64,000 nt of DNA from Bacteriovoracaceae bacterium (GCA_050247975.1 JBFWTE010000021.1:272-64271), one strand, 5' to 3'. Positions 9,877-19,165 are shown, numbered from the stretch's first letter. Program-made: numbers and translations. Notes: generated by a model not told the origin, from the sequence alone.

Positions 9877-10654
9877 GTTTGAGACACTTGGATTTGAAAT
9901 AAAAGATGATTTAGGTTTTTTGACAATCAATCGTCCAGCAAAATTAAATGCGCTCAATATACAAGTTCTTAGAGAATTAAAAGATTGCTTAAGAGAACTT
10001 CAAAGTGAATCAATTAAAGGTCTCGTTGTGACAGGAGAAGGCGAGAAGGCCTTTATTGCCGGGGCCGATATTGCTGAAATGCGACCTATGGCAACTCCTG
10101 AAGCAAAAGCTTTCTCAGAGCTTGGGCAACAAGTGACTCTTTTATTTGAAAATCTCCCTTATCCAACTCTTGCAGCAGTGAATGGATTTGCTCTGGGTGG
10201 TGGTTTTGAGATGGCGCTTTCATGTGATTTTATTTTTGCTACAAAAAATGCTGTATTTGGTTTACCTGAAGTGAAGCTTGGGCTTATTCCAGGTTTTGGT
10301 GGAACCCAAAGACTGGCAAGAGTTGTTGGATTATCCCGGGCCAAAGAACTTATGTTTTCTGGACGAAATGTGATGAGTGACGAGGCCAAAAGTTTAGGAA
10401 TTGCTTTAGAAGTTTTTGAAAATAAATCAGCTCTTCTAGAAGGTGTTCAAAATTGGTTTAAAATGGCTCTTCAAAATTCAACTTATGCGATTTCTCGAGC
10501 GAAATTGTCTCTTCAGCAGGGTTATGAAGAAAATCTTGTGAAAGGTTTAGAGCTTGAGAAAAATGAGTTTGGAAACTTATTTTCTTCTTATGATATGCAA
10601 GAAGGAACAGCAGCTTTTATTGAAAAACGTAAGCCTCTATTCAAAGGAAAATAA
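9866..10654 (+). CDS. crt: Enoyl-CoA hydratase (crotonase)
   Basis: AFIAGADI, ALGGGFE, GLPEVKLGLIPGFGGTQRL. Likely start is the ATG at 9866. Confidence 0.9.
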   Translation: MISKFETLGFEIKDDLGFLTINRPAKLNALNIQVLRELKDCLRELQSESIKGLVVTGEGEKAFIAGADIAEMRPMATPEAKAFSELGQQVTLLFENLPYPTLAAVNGFALGGGFEMALSCDFIFATKNAVFGLPEVKLGLIPGFGGTQRLARVVGLSRAKELMFSGRNVMSDEAKSLGIALEVFENKSALLEGVQNWFKMALQNSTYAISRAKLSLQQGYEENLVKGLELEKNEFGNLFSSYDMQEGTAAFIEKRKPLFKGK

Positions 10655-10655
10655 T

Positions 10656-11798
10656 ATGATGTTAGATGAAAAGTATAAAGAAATTCGCGACATGGTGAAA
10701 AAGTTTTCTGACTCAGAAGTGGCCCCGCTTGCTGCTAAAATTGATCATGAGGGACATATTCCGTCAGAGTTAATTGCAAAGCTTGCTGAAAATGGTCTTC
10801 TTGGCTCTTATGTTCCAGAAGAATATGGTGGAGCTGGCATGGATTACACTTCATATTCACTAATCGTAGAAGAAATTTCTCGAAATTGTGCTTCAACCGG
10901 TGTGTTTATTTCTGCCCATACTTCTCTTGGAATTTGGCCAATTTTAAATTTTGGAACTGAAGCTCAAAAGAAAAAATATCTTCCAAAAATGGCCAGCGGA
11001 GAGTTGATTGGTTGTTTCTGTCTATCAGAGCCAAATGCTGGATCTGATGCTGGATCATTAACAACTTTTGCTGAAGACAAAGGCGATCATTGGGAAATTA
11101 ATGGTGTAAAAAACTGGATCACTAATGGCCAGGAAGCTGGTGTTTGTATCGTTTTTGCTAAAACAAAGAAGACTCCAGACTATAAAGGAATTTCAGCTTT
11201 TATTGTTGAAACTTCTACCCCTGGATTTTCAATTATTAAAAAAGAAGACAAGCTTGGGATTCGTGGATCTTCAACTTGTCAGCTAGCTTTTGATAAAGTT
11301 AAGGTTCCTAAGGATGCCCTCCTTTCAGAGCCTGAAAAAGGTTTCAGAGTTGCTATGGCCACTTTAGATGGTGGACGTATTGGGATTGCCTCTCAGGCGT
11401 TAGGTATTGCTCAAGGGGCCTTTGATTACGCCATCCGTTACGTTAAGCAGAGAGTGCAATTTGGTGCTCCACTTTCTGATCTTCAAGGAATTCAATTTAT
11501 GCTTGCTGATATGAGCACTAAAATTGGGGCCTCGAGACTTCTTATTTATCATGCTTCAGCTTTAAAAGATGCAGAGCTTCCATATTCGAAAGAATCGGCC
11601 CAAGCGAAACTATTTGCTTCTGAGTCGGCCATGTGGATTACGACTAAGGCAATCCAGCTTTGTGGTGGAAATGGCTATACTAAAGAGTATCCAGTAGAGC
11701 GTTATTTTAGAGATGCTAAAATTACTGAAATCTATGAAGGAACATCTGAAGTTCAGCGCATGGTAATTGCAGCTAATGAATTAAAGGCAGTACATTAA
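10656..11798 (+). CDS. bcd: Short-chain (butyryl-CoA-type) acyl-CoA dehydrogenase
   Basis: LSEPNAGSD, NGVKNWITN, KLGIRGSST, LDGGRIGIA, IYEGTSEV; follows hbd-crt. Likely start 10656. Confidence 0.88.
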   Translation: MMLDEKYKEIRDMVKKFSDSEVAPLAAKIDHEGHIPSELIAKLAENGLLGSYVPEEYGGAGMDYTSYSLIVEEISRNCASTGVFISAHTSLGIWPILNFGTEAQKKKYLPKMASGELIGCFCLSEPNAGSDAGSLTTFAEDKGDHWEINGVKNWITNGQEAGVCIVFAKTKKTPDYKGISAFIVETSTPGFSIIKKEDKLGIRGSSTCQLAFDKVKVPKDALLSEPEKGFRVAMATLDGGRIGIASQALGIAQGAFDYAIRYVKQRVQFGAPLSDLQGIQFMLADMSTKIGASRLLIYHASALKDAELPYSKESAQAKLFASESAMWITTKAIQLCGGNGYTKEYPVERYFRDAKITEIYEGTSEVQRMVIAANELKAVH

Positions 11799-11810
11799 AA
11801 TTGACTCGTC

Positions 11811-11841
11811 AATGGACACTCTCTTTGCTAGAGTGTCCATT
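11811..11841. promoter_or_regulatory. Perfect 12-bp inverted repeat with CIRCE-like core (operator and/or terminator hairpin)
   Basis: AATGGACACTCT-N7-AGAGTGTCCATT, containing TGGACACTC-N9-GAGTGTCCA; overlaps TGcTAGAGT extended -10 (11826-11834). Confidence 0.55.
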
Positions 11842-11897
11842 AAATTTGTTGAATGGCCCGACCTGGGTGATCAGATATATTTTTAGGAGAAATAATC

Positions 11898-13031
11898 ATG
11901 GCGAAAAAAAAGCCGGCCGCTAAAATGCCAGTTAAAAAAGCAGTGGTAAAAGCACCTGTAAAAAAAGCAGTGGCAAAACCTGCTCCAAAAAAAGATGTAA
12001 AAATGGCAAAAAAAGTAGCACCTAAAAAACCAGTAGCTCCAGCTAAAAAAGTTGCTGCTAAACCAGCACCAAAAAAAGCAGCTCCAGCTCCTAAAAAATC
12101 AGCGAAAGTTGAAAAGAAAATTGCTCCTAAGTCCCTCAAGGAATCTGTATTAAAAGCAGCTTCTAAGATTGTGGCCAAGGTTGCAGCTAAGCCTTTATCT
12201 AAAGAGCAAGTAAAAGCACAAAAAGAGAAAGAGGCCAAAGAAAAAAAATTAGCTGCAGAAAAAGCTAAAGAGCTTGAGAAGAAAAGAAAAGAAGAAGAGA
12301 AGATAAAGGCCAAAAAAGAAAAAGAAGCAGAAAAAGCTTCTAAGAAAAAAGGCAAAAAATCTGAAGATGAAGAAGAGATGTATGGCGAAGAAGAAAGCAT
12401 GCAATCTCGTTCAAAAAATGAAGATGAAGATTTTGATGAGTTCGAAGAGGACTATAAAAAATCAAAGGCAAAAAAATCTGGTAAGAAAGCTTATGAAGAA
12501 GATGAAGATCAAATTGATCTTTTTGAAACAAAGCCTACTAAGAAATATAACAATGCTATTCTGGCAGAACTTGAATCAAAAATAGCTGATGAAATAGCTG
12601 AGCTTCGCGAGCATTTCAACTGGAAAGATATTTCTGATGCCATTGGTACTCTTGATTTCTTTATTGATCCAAAAAATGATGAATGTATCGAAAAGGGTTG
12701 TGACAACATTCGTACAACTCAAAGTTACTGTCGTGCCCATTATTTAAAAAATTGGAAAACAATTCAGAAGAAGCGTGACATTCTTAAAGAAGGAAAGCTT
12801 CAAGAATATATTGAAGAGTTAATTTCAAAATACCCTCCTAAATATATCGAAGCTCTTTTATCTGATCTTTCTGATGATAAAGAATTTTACAGAGTTCTTA
12901 ATGAACTTAACATCACATCTGAATTTGATTTCGAGGAAGATGAATTCGAAAATGCAGTGGATGATGATGATACAGATGATGATATTGGTATTGAAACAAT
13001 TTCTAGCAGTCTTCGTTACGAAGATGAGTGA
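11898..13031 (+). CDS. Histone H1-like Lys/Ala/Pro-rich protein with acidic tracts and C-terminal CCCH Zn-finger-like domain
   Basis: KKAVxKAP/AKPAPKK repeats; D/E-rich blocks; C-x4-C-x9-C-x2-H (CIEKGCDNIRTTQSYCRAH); RBS AGGAG. Confidence 0.75.
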   Translation: MAKKKPAAKMPVKKAVVKAPVKKAVAKPAPKKDVKMAKKVAPKKPVAPAKKVAAKPAPKKAAPAPKKSAKVEKKIAPKSLKESVLKAASKIVAKVAAKPLSKEQVKAQKEKEAKEKKLAAEKAKELEKKRKEEEKIKAKKEKEAEKASKKKGKKSEDEEEMYGEEESMQSRSKNEDEDFDEFEEDYKKSKAKKSGKKAYEEDEDQIDLFETKPTKKYNNAILAELESKIADEIAELREHFNWKDISDAIGTLDFFIDPKNDECIEKGCDNIRTTQSYCRAHYLKNWKTIQKKRDILKEGKLQEYIEELISKYPPKYIEALLSDLSDDKEFYRVLNELNITSEFDFEEDEFENAVDDDDTDDDIGIETISSSLRYEDE

Positions 13032-13032
13032 T

Positions 13033-13060
13033 AAAAAAGGCTCCTCACGGAGCCTTTTTT
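13033..13060. terminator. Bidirectional intrinsic terminator
   Basis: AAAAAAGGCTCC-TCAC-GGAGCCTTTTTT between convergent genes. Confidence 0.9.
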
Positions 13061-13541
13061 ATTGGTCTAAATCTTCTTCTTCAAATTCTTCAAACTCTGG
13101 CCCTAAAAGTTTATTGGCCTCTAGAGTGGCATTAATATTTTCACGAGAAATTTTGTAAAAATAGTTTTGGTTTTTGTATGAAACTTCCTGCCAATTTGGT
13201 TCGAATTCATCCCATTCTTCATTGGCAAAAATTTCATCAAAGAAAAGTCCTATAATATCAATAAAGTTTTTTTGGGTGTCTTTAACTTTAGATTCATCGG
13301 CCATTTGATCAGGTTCACATGATAAAAAGCATGTAATTGGAGAAAGATACTCATCTTTTTCAGATAGATATGAAACAATCAGTAGGAGTTCTTCGGAATA
13401 AATCTGACCGTAGACATCGAAATAACGGCCATTCTTGTCACATTCAGACTTATAGGTCTCGTTGAGAAGACGGGAAAGACTTTCTTGCCAATCTTGAGGA
13501 ATACTCTTTCCTGCTTTTGAACTTACTTTTCGGGCCAACAT
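13059..13541 (-). CDS. Hypothetical acidic protein
   Basis: 160-aa ORF filling the gap; no motif recognised. Confidence 0.7.
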   Translation of the reverse strand: MLARKVSSKAGKSIPQDWQESLSRLLNETYKSECDKNGRYFDVYGQIYSEELLLIVSYLSEKDEYLSPITCFLSCEPDQMADESKVKDTQKNFIDIIGLFFDEIFANEEWDEFEPNWQEVSYKNQNYFYKISRENINATLEANKLLGPEFEEFEEEDLDQ

Positions 13542-13641
13542 GACGACCTGCCTTATTAATCAATTTAGTGGTAATTTACTTGGCCCTTAATTAAAATATT
13601 TGTAAAAGAAAGACAATGTTTCATTCTCAAAAAGGATATTT

Positions 13642-14805
13642 ATGACTGTTTATATACTTGGGGGAGCTCGTACGGCACTTGGAAGTTTCATGGGGGGCCT
13701 CTCCAATGTTCCTGCTCCAAAGCTTGGGGCAGCAGCGATTGAAGGTGCACTTCAGAAATCGAATGTTGAAAAAAATAAAGTTGATGAAGTGTTTATGGGT
13801 AATGTTTTAACCGCCGGAGTAGGACAAGCTCCAGCAAGACAGGCCTTACTTGCAGCAGGCCTACCTGAAAGTGTTCCTGCAACTACTGTGGGAAAAGTTT
13901 GTGGCTCTGGCTTACAGGCCGTTATTTTAGCTGCTCGCTCAATTATGTCTGGTGAGAATCAATTAGTGGTTGCAGGAGGAATGGAGAATATGTCTCTTGC
14001 TCCTCATATGTTGATGAATTCAAGAAATGGATTTAAATATGGTGCCACTGAAATGAAAGATTCCATGCAGTGGGATGGACTTTGGGATGTGTATACAAAT
14101 CGCGCTATGGGAAATTGTGCGGAAGAGTGTACTAAGAAGTTCAATATGTCTCGAGAAGAGCAAGATGCTTTTGCTATTGAATCATTTAAGCGTGCTCAAG
14201 CGGCCACTAAAGAAGGCTTTTTTAAAGATGAGATTGTTGCTGTAAAAGTTCCGGCCAAAGGTGGAACGGTAGATATTCTAGAAGATGAAGGACCTTTCAA
14301 AGCAAATTTTGAGAAAATTCCATCTTTAAAACCTGCCTTTGAAAAAGATGGTACGATCACAGCTGCTAACGCTTCTACTATTAATGATGGTGCTGCTGCT
14401 GTTGTTCTAGGTGGCGATGCTTTTGCTTCAACTGCTGAATTTAAGATTCTTTCTTTTGCTTCTCATGCACAAAATCCAACATGGTTTACAACTGCGCCTG
14501 TTGAGGCCATTAATAAATCATTGAAGAAGGCCAATTTAACAATTGATCAAGTTGACCTTTTTGAAATTAATGAAGCCTTTGCTGCTGTTACGATGGCCGC
14601 TATGAAGGAGTGTAAAATCCCTCATTCAAAAGTTAATGTCATGGGTGGAGCAGTTTCACTTGGACATCCTATTGGTGCCTCAGGTGCAAGAATTCTTGTA
14701 ACTCTTATGAATGCCATGAAAAAGAAAAAGGCGAAATATGGTTGTGCTGCTATCTGTATTGGTGGTGGTGAGGCCTTAAGCTTAGTGATTGAGAGAATTA
14801 AATAA
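13642..14805 (+). CDS. Acetyl-CoA C-acyltransferase (thiolase)
   Basis: KVCGSG, NEAFA, GHPIGASG, CIGGG. Confidence 0.95.
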   Translation: MTVYILGGARTALGSFMGGLSNVPAPKLGAAAIEGALQKSNVEKNKVDEVFMGNVLTAGVGQAPARQALLAAGLPESVPATTVGKVCGSGLQAVILAARSIMSGENQLVVAGGMENMSLAPHMLMNSRNGFKYGATEMKDSMQWDGLWDVYTNRAMGNCAEECTKKFNMSREEQDAFAIESFKRAQAATKEGFFKDEIVAVKVPAKGGTVDILEDEGPFKANFEKIPSLKPAFEKDGTITAANASTINDGAAAVVLGGDAFASTAEFKILSFASHAQNPTWFTTAPVEAINKSLKKANLTIDQVDLFEINEAFAAVTMAAMKECKIPHSKVNVMGGAVSLGHPIGASGARILVTLMNAMKKKKAKYGCAAICIGGGEALSLVIERIK

Positions 14806-15911
14806 TGACAACGGCCATAACCACAACAGCTGCTCCAAAATCTGGTGTTAGGGTTTTAAAAGCTGGAGAGATCCTTTTTAATGAGAATGATGAAGCAGGT
14901 TCACTCTTTATTATTCAAAAAGGTCAAATCAGATTGTTTAAGCCTAAAGGAAAGGGATTCATAGAACTGGCCGTCCTTAGGACAGGAGAAGTTATTGGGG
15001 AGATGGCCTATTTTGATGAAGATGGCTCTGGCAAGAAGAGATCTTGTTCTGCATCGGCCTTAACTCAAGTTGAGATTATTGAAATTTCTTTTACTGCATT
15101 TGGAAAGCAAATGCAGTCGCTTAATCCTTGGTTCAAAACGATTATCCATACCCTTGTAGCGAGATTAAAAAAAACAAATTCACGAGTTAAAGAATTGGAA
15201 GATAACCAGGCCTCCGTAAGTTATAGCGGCAAACATGCTGGCTACGAATTTATGAAGCCCATTGAGATCATGAGAATTCTTGGAACTTTATTTTTAGTTC
15301 TTAAGGCCCATGGAGAAGTGAAGGGACAGACGGTTGTAACAAATAAAAAAGTTCTCACTCTTTATACCTCGGACATGTACCAGATCATGGAGTCCAAATT
15401 AGAATCGATTCTTTCCACTCTCGTCGCTCTCAATTGGTTAGAGATAACAGAAGATGCAGATAAAAATCCAACAGTTTTAAATTTTAAAAATATCGAATTA
15501 ATTAGGCAGCTATTCATTTTTTATAACTCAGAAAGATCTCTTCCTGATGAGAAGAAAATGCGTATTTCTGAAAAGTGTGAGACTTTTATTAATAAAATTA
15601 TTGAATATCACTCTAAGAATCCACTGGTTGATATCCCTAATTTAAAAACAATTGATGGAGTAAAACCAAGGTTCACTCAGTACTATAATCTAACTCCCAT
15701 TTTGGAAGAATTTAAAAATAGAAATTTAATAATTAACCCAGAACATCTCGACGATGCTAAAAACCTAGGTTTCTTTGGTGAAGTGATCACTAAAGACAAG
15801 AATGTTTTTATTGAGGCGGATTTTCAGAAGATTGCTAAATTGCATCCTGTGATTAGTTTCGTAAATGCGATTAAAAAATCCAATGCAGAAAAATCTGCGG
15901 GCCCAGGTTAA
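14805..15911 (+). CDS. Cyclic-nucleotide-binding (Crp/Fnr-like) protein
   Basis: LFNENDEAGSLFIIQKGQI, GEMAYF...KRSCSA phosphate-binding cassette. Start overlaps thiolase stop (TAATG). Confidence 0.8.
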   Translation: MTTAITTTAAPKSGVRVLKAGEILFNENDEAGSLFIIQKGQIRLFKPKGKGFIELAVLRTGEVIGEMAYFDEDGSGKKRSCSASALTQVEIIEISFTAFGKQMQSLNPWFKTIIHTLVARLKKTNSRVKELEDNQASVSYSGKHAGYEFMKPIEIMRILGTLFLVLKAHGEVKGQTVVTNKKVLTLYTSDMYQIMESKLESILSTLVALNWLEITEDADKNPTVLNFKNIELIRQLFIFYNSERSLPDEKKMRISEKCETFINKIIEYHSKNPLVDIPNLKTIDGVKPRFTQYYNLTPILEEFKNRNLIINPEHLDDAKNLGFFGEVITKDKNVFIEADFQKIAKLHPVISFVNAIKKSNAEKSAGPG

Positions 15912-17335
15912 AGAGCTGCCGGAAAATAATCCACAGTGATTTCATCGCCGGACTTATAATAATTTGAAGAACCATTAAGCTGAATCATGAATCCAGTCTT
16001 AATTATTGCTGGTAGATCATCTCCTGAATTAGGGTAGGGCATTTTTATATTTTTATTTGTCTGGTATCCAATATAAGTCCAACCATTCGTAGAACTCTGA
16101 GGAATAACTTTACCATTTACTCTCAGTACAACAGAGGCCACTTGAGGTGCTTTTTGAATCACCACATAACCTAAATATTCAGTTCGCGAAATAGACTTTA
16201 CAATAACACAATCTGGATAGGTAATAAGATTTCCATCAGTAAAGCGAACAAAGTGTCTTCCTACGACTGCTTCACCAAGAGAAGGTAATTCTCTCGTATT
16301 TACTGAAACAGCACTTCCTTCATCAACATAAGTCCATTGAGCGTTTTTACTCAAATCTGTCTTTGAGCCATTTGAGCTTACCTTAATGACTTGAATATCG
16401 TTGATAGAAACCATTTCATTATTTTCGGCAAACGTAATTGGCCAGTAACGATAGGTATGAGGAATGAGTACTTGTTGAATTGAATTATTAACACCAGTAA
16501 AAAGTGATGAAATGCTATTAGTACATAGATTATAAAAGTCTTGATTTACATTTGAATCAGTTGCTCCAGAAAGATTATAGAGATCTTTAGCAATAGAGAT
16601 ATAAGATTTTTCAGATGAATACCATCCTGTCTTATTGCATGAAGAGTTTGCTGTTACTGAGAAGAATCTGAGTTGTTGTAAATTGAGCTGTGTCTTAATG
16701 CTTTTTAAACTATTAAGTCTTTCATTATAAATCGCGATATTCTGCAGTGTTTGTCCATTTGAATATGGAGAGTATTCGATTTCTTGATCTCGTCCATTGG
16801 AAATGAGAACCACTAATAGATAAGCACTTTGTCTAAATAGGCCACTACTTGAGTTATTACTTATAAAATCAATGACTCTTTTAGCTCCCGCTTCAGTTCC
16901 CTCTGGCTCCGGTGTATTAAAAAAATTCAATTCATCAGCAGATATAATCTTTCTTCCTGCTGCTTCAGATGATAAAGCATCCGAAGAATTAGTGATGACT
17001 TGATAATCATTATAAGGAGTCGGATCGTCTTTTACTGGTAAAAGACTTGTTCCAATCACCCTGTAATCAAATTGAGTAGAAATAGAATTAACCGTGTTCT
17101 TAATGGCATTTCGAATGTCACTTTGAAGAAAGTAGGTACTACTTGAGTTATCTACTACATAAAGGATATCAACTTTAGGTTTAATAAGAGTAAAGGAAGA
17201 GCAGCTTAATTGTTCATAAGTTTTTAAGGTGTTGGCCTGAGAAGAAGAATTTTGTCTAACGGCACCGAATTGCTCTTGGCCGCAGCCAATGAGAGTTAAA
17301 AGAATGAGCAAAAGGATTGGGCCATAAATTTTCAT
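15908..17335 (-). CDS. vWA-domain lipoprotein (CglB-like)
   Basis: Lipobox LIGC; VDILYVVDNSSS (DxSxS MIDAS); LVVLISNGRD; C-terminal beta domain VNGKVIPQ..GWTY. Confidence 0.7.
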   Translation of the reverse strand: MKIYGPILLLILLTLIGCGQEQFGAVRQNSSSQANTLKTYEQLSCSSFTLIKPKVDILYVVDNSSSTYFLQSDIRNAIKNTVNSISTQFDYRVIGTSLLPVKDDPTPYNDYQVITNSSDALSSEAAGRKIISADELNFFNTPEPEGTEAGAKRVIDFISNNSSSGLFRQSAYLLVVLISNGRDQEIEYSPYSNGQTLQNIAIYNERLNSLKSIKTQLNLQQLRFFSVTANSSCNKTGWYSSEKSYISIAKDLYNLSGATDSNVNQDFYNLCTNSISSLFTGVNNSIQQVLIPHTYRYWPITFAENNEMVSINDIQVIKVSSNGSKTDLSKNAQWTYVDEGSAVSVNTRELPSLGEAVVGRHFVRFTDGNLITYPDCVIVKSISRTEYLGYVVIQKAPQVASVVLRVNGKVIPQSSTNGWTYIGYQTNKNIKMPYPNSGDDLPAIIKTGFMIQLNGSSNYYKSGDEITVDYFPAAL

Positions 17336-17364
17336 AAAAACACCTTAAACAATTTCCTGTTATC

Positions 17365-17392
17365 TGATCGGTTAGCAGCAGGTTAAACTTTA
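17365..17392 (-). promoter_or_regulatory. Putative sigma28 (FliA) promoter of the vWA lipoprotein
   Basis: Minus strand TAAAGTTT-N12-ACCGATCA versus consensus TAAAGTTT-N11-GCCGATAA. Confidence 0.6.
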
Positions 17393-17505
17393 ATTCAGAG
17401 TTTTTTAGTCATGAATAAAAAAGAGGAAATTATTGCCATGGACTCTTTCTGCTCACTGCTGAGTTATTATAATACTAATAATCATTTCAATGGGTTGAGG
17501 AATAT

Positions 17506-18276
17506 ATGGCGGATAATTGGTATTATGTACAAAAAGGAAATCGTCACGGGCCAGTTGATTTTGGAGTTCTTGAATCTTTAATTGCGAGAGAAGAGCTTAA
17601 GCAAGAAGATTTTGTTTGGAAAAAAGGTTTTGAGAACTGGAAAAAAATTAAAGATGTGAGTGAATTAATTGCTATTCCTAAGCAGAGTTCAGCTTTAGAT
17701 CTGCCACCTGTTGAGTTTGCTGATGTGAACCTTAAAGACCTAGATTCAGAAAATAGAATTATTTATGTAAGAATTGGAATAGATCGTGGGGGAGCTTTTT
17801 CTGACTACGGACCTTTTAACATTAAACAGTTAAAGCAACTTTTTAAAGAAAATAGAATTAATGGTAAGACTCTTATATTTTGTAAAGGGATGAGAGATTG
17901 GAAAATACTTGGTGATCTTCCTGAGTATCAAGAAATTTTTCAACAAATGCCACCAGTTATTAAGGAAGTAGAACGACGAGTGAATGTGAGAAAACCTTTC
18001 ATAGCACGAATGTTCGTTCAAAATAACAAAAAAGTTTTTGAGGGTATTTGCCGAGATATTTCGATTGGCGGAATGCAAGTCTTGATAGATAACTTTCAAG
18101 GCCAATCAGGTGATAAGATAACTATTAACGTCCATCCTGAAAATACTGAATATCACTTTACTGCTTCTGGACAAGTGGTAAGAATATTAGAGGGCAACTC
18201 TGGATTTTCTTTTCGTTTTCAGGGATTATCTGAAGATGCTAAAAAATCAATAGAAAGATACGTACAAGAAAATTAA
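17506..18276 (+). CDS. Tandem GYF_2 (DUF4339) plus PilZ domain protein
   Basis: WYY..GNRHGPV...VWKKGFENWKKI; second GPF...FCKGMRDWK; PilZ RxxxR (RRVNVR) and DxSxGG (DISIGG). Confidence 0.85.
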   Translation: MADNWYYVQKGNRHGPVDFGVLESLIAREELKQEDFVWKKGFENWKKIKDVSELIAIPKQSSALDLPPVEFADVNLKDLDSENRIIYVRIGIDRGGAFSDYGPFNIKQLKQLFKENRINGKTLIFCKGMRDWKILGDLPEYQEIFQQMPPVIKEVERRVNVRKPFIARMFVQNNKKVFEGICRDISIGGMQVLIDNFQGQSGDKITINVHPENTEYHFTASGQVVRILEGNSGFSFRFQGLSEDAKKSIERYVQEN

Positions 18277-18277
18277 A

Positions 18278-19165
18278 GTGGCCAAGCAGCAACAGAATTT
18301 TAAAGTAGAAGATCACACACTACTCTCAGCAGATGGAGAGTCGACATTATTTGTACGCCATTTTTTAAAAGGTCAGTCGAATATTCATTTTCTGATTGTT
18401 CATGGAGCTATTGAGCATTCAGGTCGTCATCAAGATTTAACCCATTTTCTTTTGAAAAATTACTCAAATGTGGCGGTAACAGTTTTTGATCATGTAGGAC
18501 ATGGGAGAAGTGGAGGGGCAAGAAGCTATCTTTCTTCTTTCAAAGTTTATGTTGAAGATCTTAAAAAAGTTGGTGAATTCGTTCAGAATAAAAATCATCA
18601 AGATACTAAGACTTTTGTTTGTGCCCATAGTTTAGGTGGACTCATTGCTTTAACCTGTTTGTTAGATCCTCTGTATAGTTGGAAAATTCCAATTGCTGGC
18701 CTTATCCTTTCTAGTCCATGTGTAAGACCACGTTTAGTCTTTGGTGATATTTCTGAATCTCTTTTGCAAATTTTAGATAAAGTCACACCAAAGCTACATC
18801 TTCCAGCAATTTATGGTGGAAGGGATTTAACTCGAGACCCTGAAAGGGCAAATGATTTTGATACAGACTCACTTATCCCTAAATACATGACAGTGAGAAT
18901 GGCCAAGGAAGTAATTGAGGCCAGTCATCGAATTCGTGGATTTTCATACTATTTAAAAACGCCTAGTCTCTTTTTAATTGCCGGTGATGATAAAATTGTC
19001 GATCCTGAAAGTACAACTCTTTTCGCTCATGGGATTGATAAACGCTTGGTTCAAGTCATACAATATCCTAAACATTACCATGAATTATGGAATGAAATTG
19101 ATCGGCAAGATATATTTGAATCAATGAAAGTTTGGGTTGATAAGCAATTGAAGGAGCATCCATGA
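18278..19165 (+). CDS. Alpha/beta hydrolase (lysophospholipase / monoacylglycerol lipase type)
   Basis: LIVHGAIEHSGR, DHVGHGRS, AHSLGG nucleophile elbow, DKIVD, YHEL; GTG start. Confidence 0.9.
   Translation: MAKQQQNFKVEDHTLLSADGESTLFVRHFLKGQSNIHFLIVHGAIEHSGRHQDLTHFLLKNYSNVAVTVFDHVGHGRSGGARSYLSSFKVYVEDLKKVGEFVQNKNHQDTKTFVCAHSLGGLIALTCLLDPLYSWKIPIAGLILSSPCVRPRLVFGDISESLLQILDKVTPKLHLPAIYGGRDLTRDPERANDFDTDSLIPKYMTVRMAKEVIEASHRIRGFSYYLKTPSLFLIAGDDKIVDPESTTLFAHGIDKRLVQVIQYPKHYHELWNEIDRQDIFESMKVWVDKQLKEHP

Noticed and set aside
11898-12240. Apparent tandem DNA repeats (AAAAAAGCAGTGG twice, etc.)
   Set aside because: Imperfect; explained by KKAV/KPAP peptide repeats, not a repeat array or CRISPR.
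11840-12400. 186-aa minus-strand ORF rich in F/A/L
   Set aside because: Antisense shadow of the Lys/Ala-rich gene: AAA/GCN codons read as TTT/NGC and rarely create stops.
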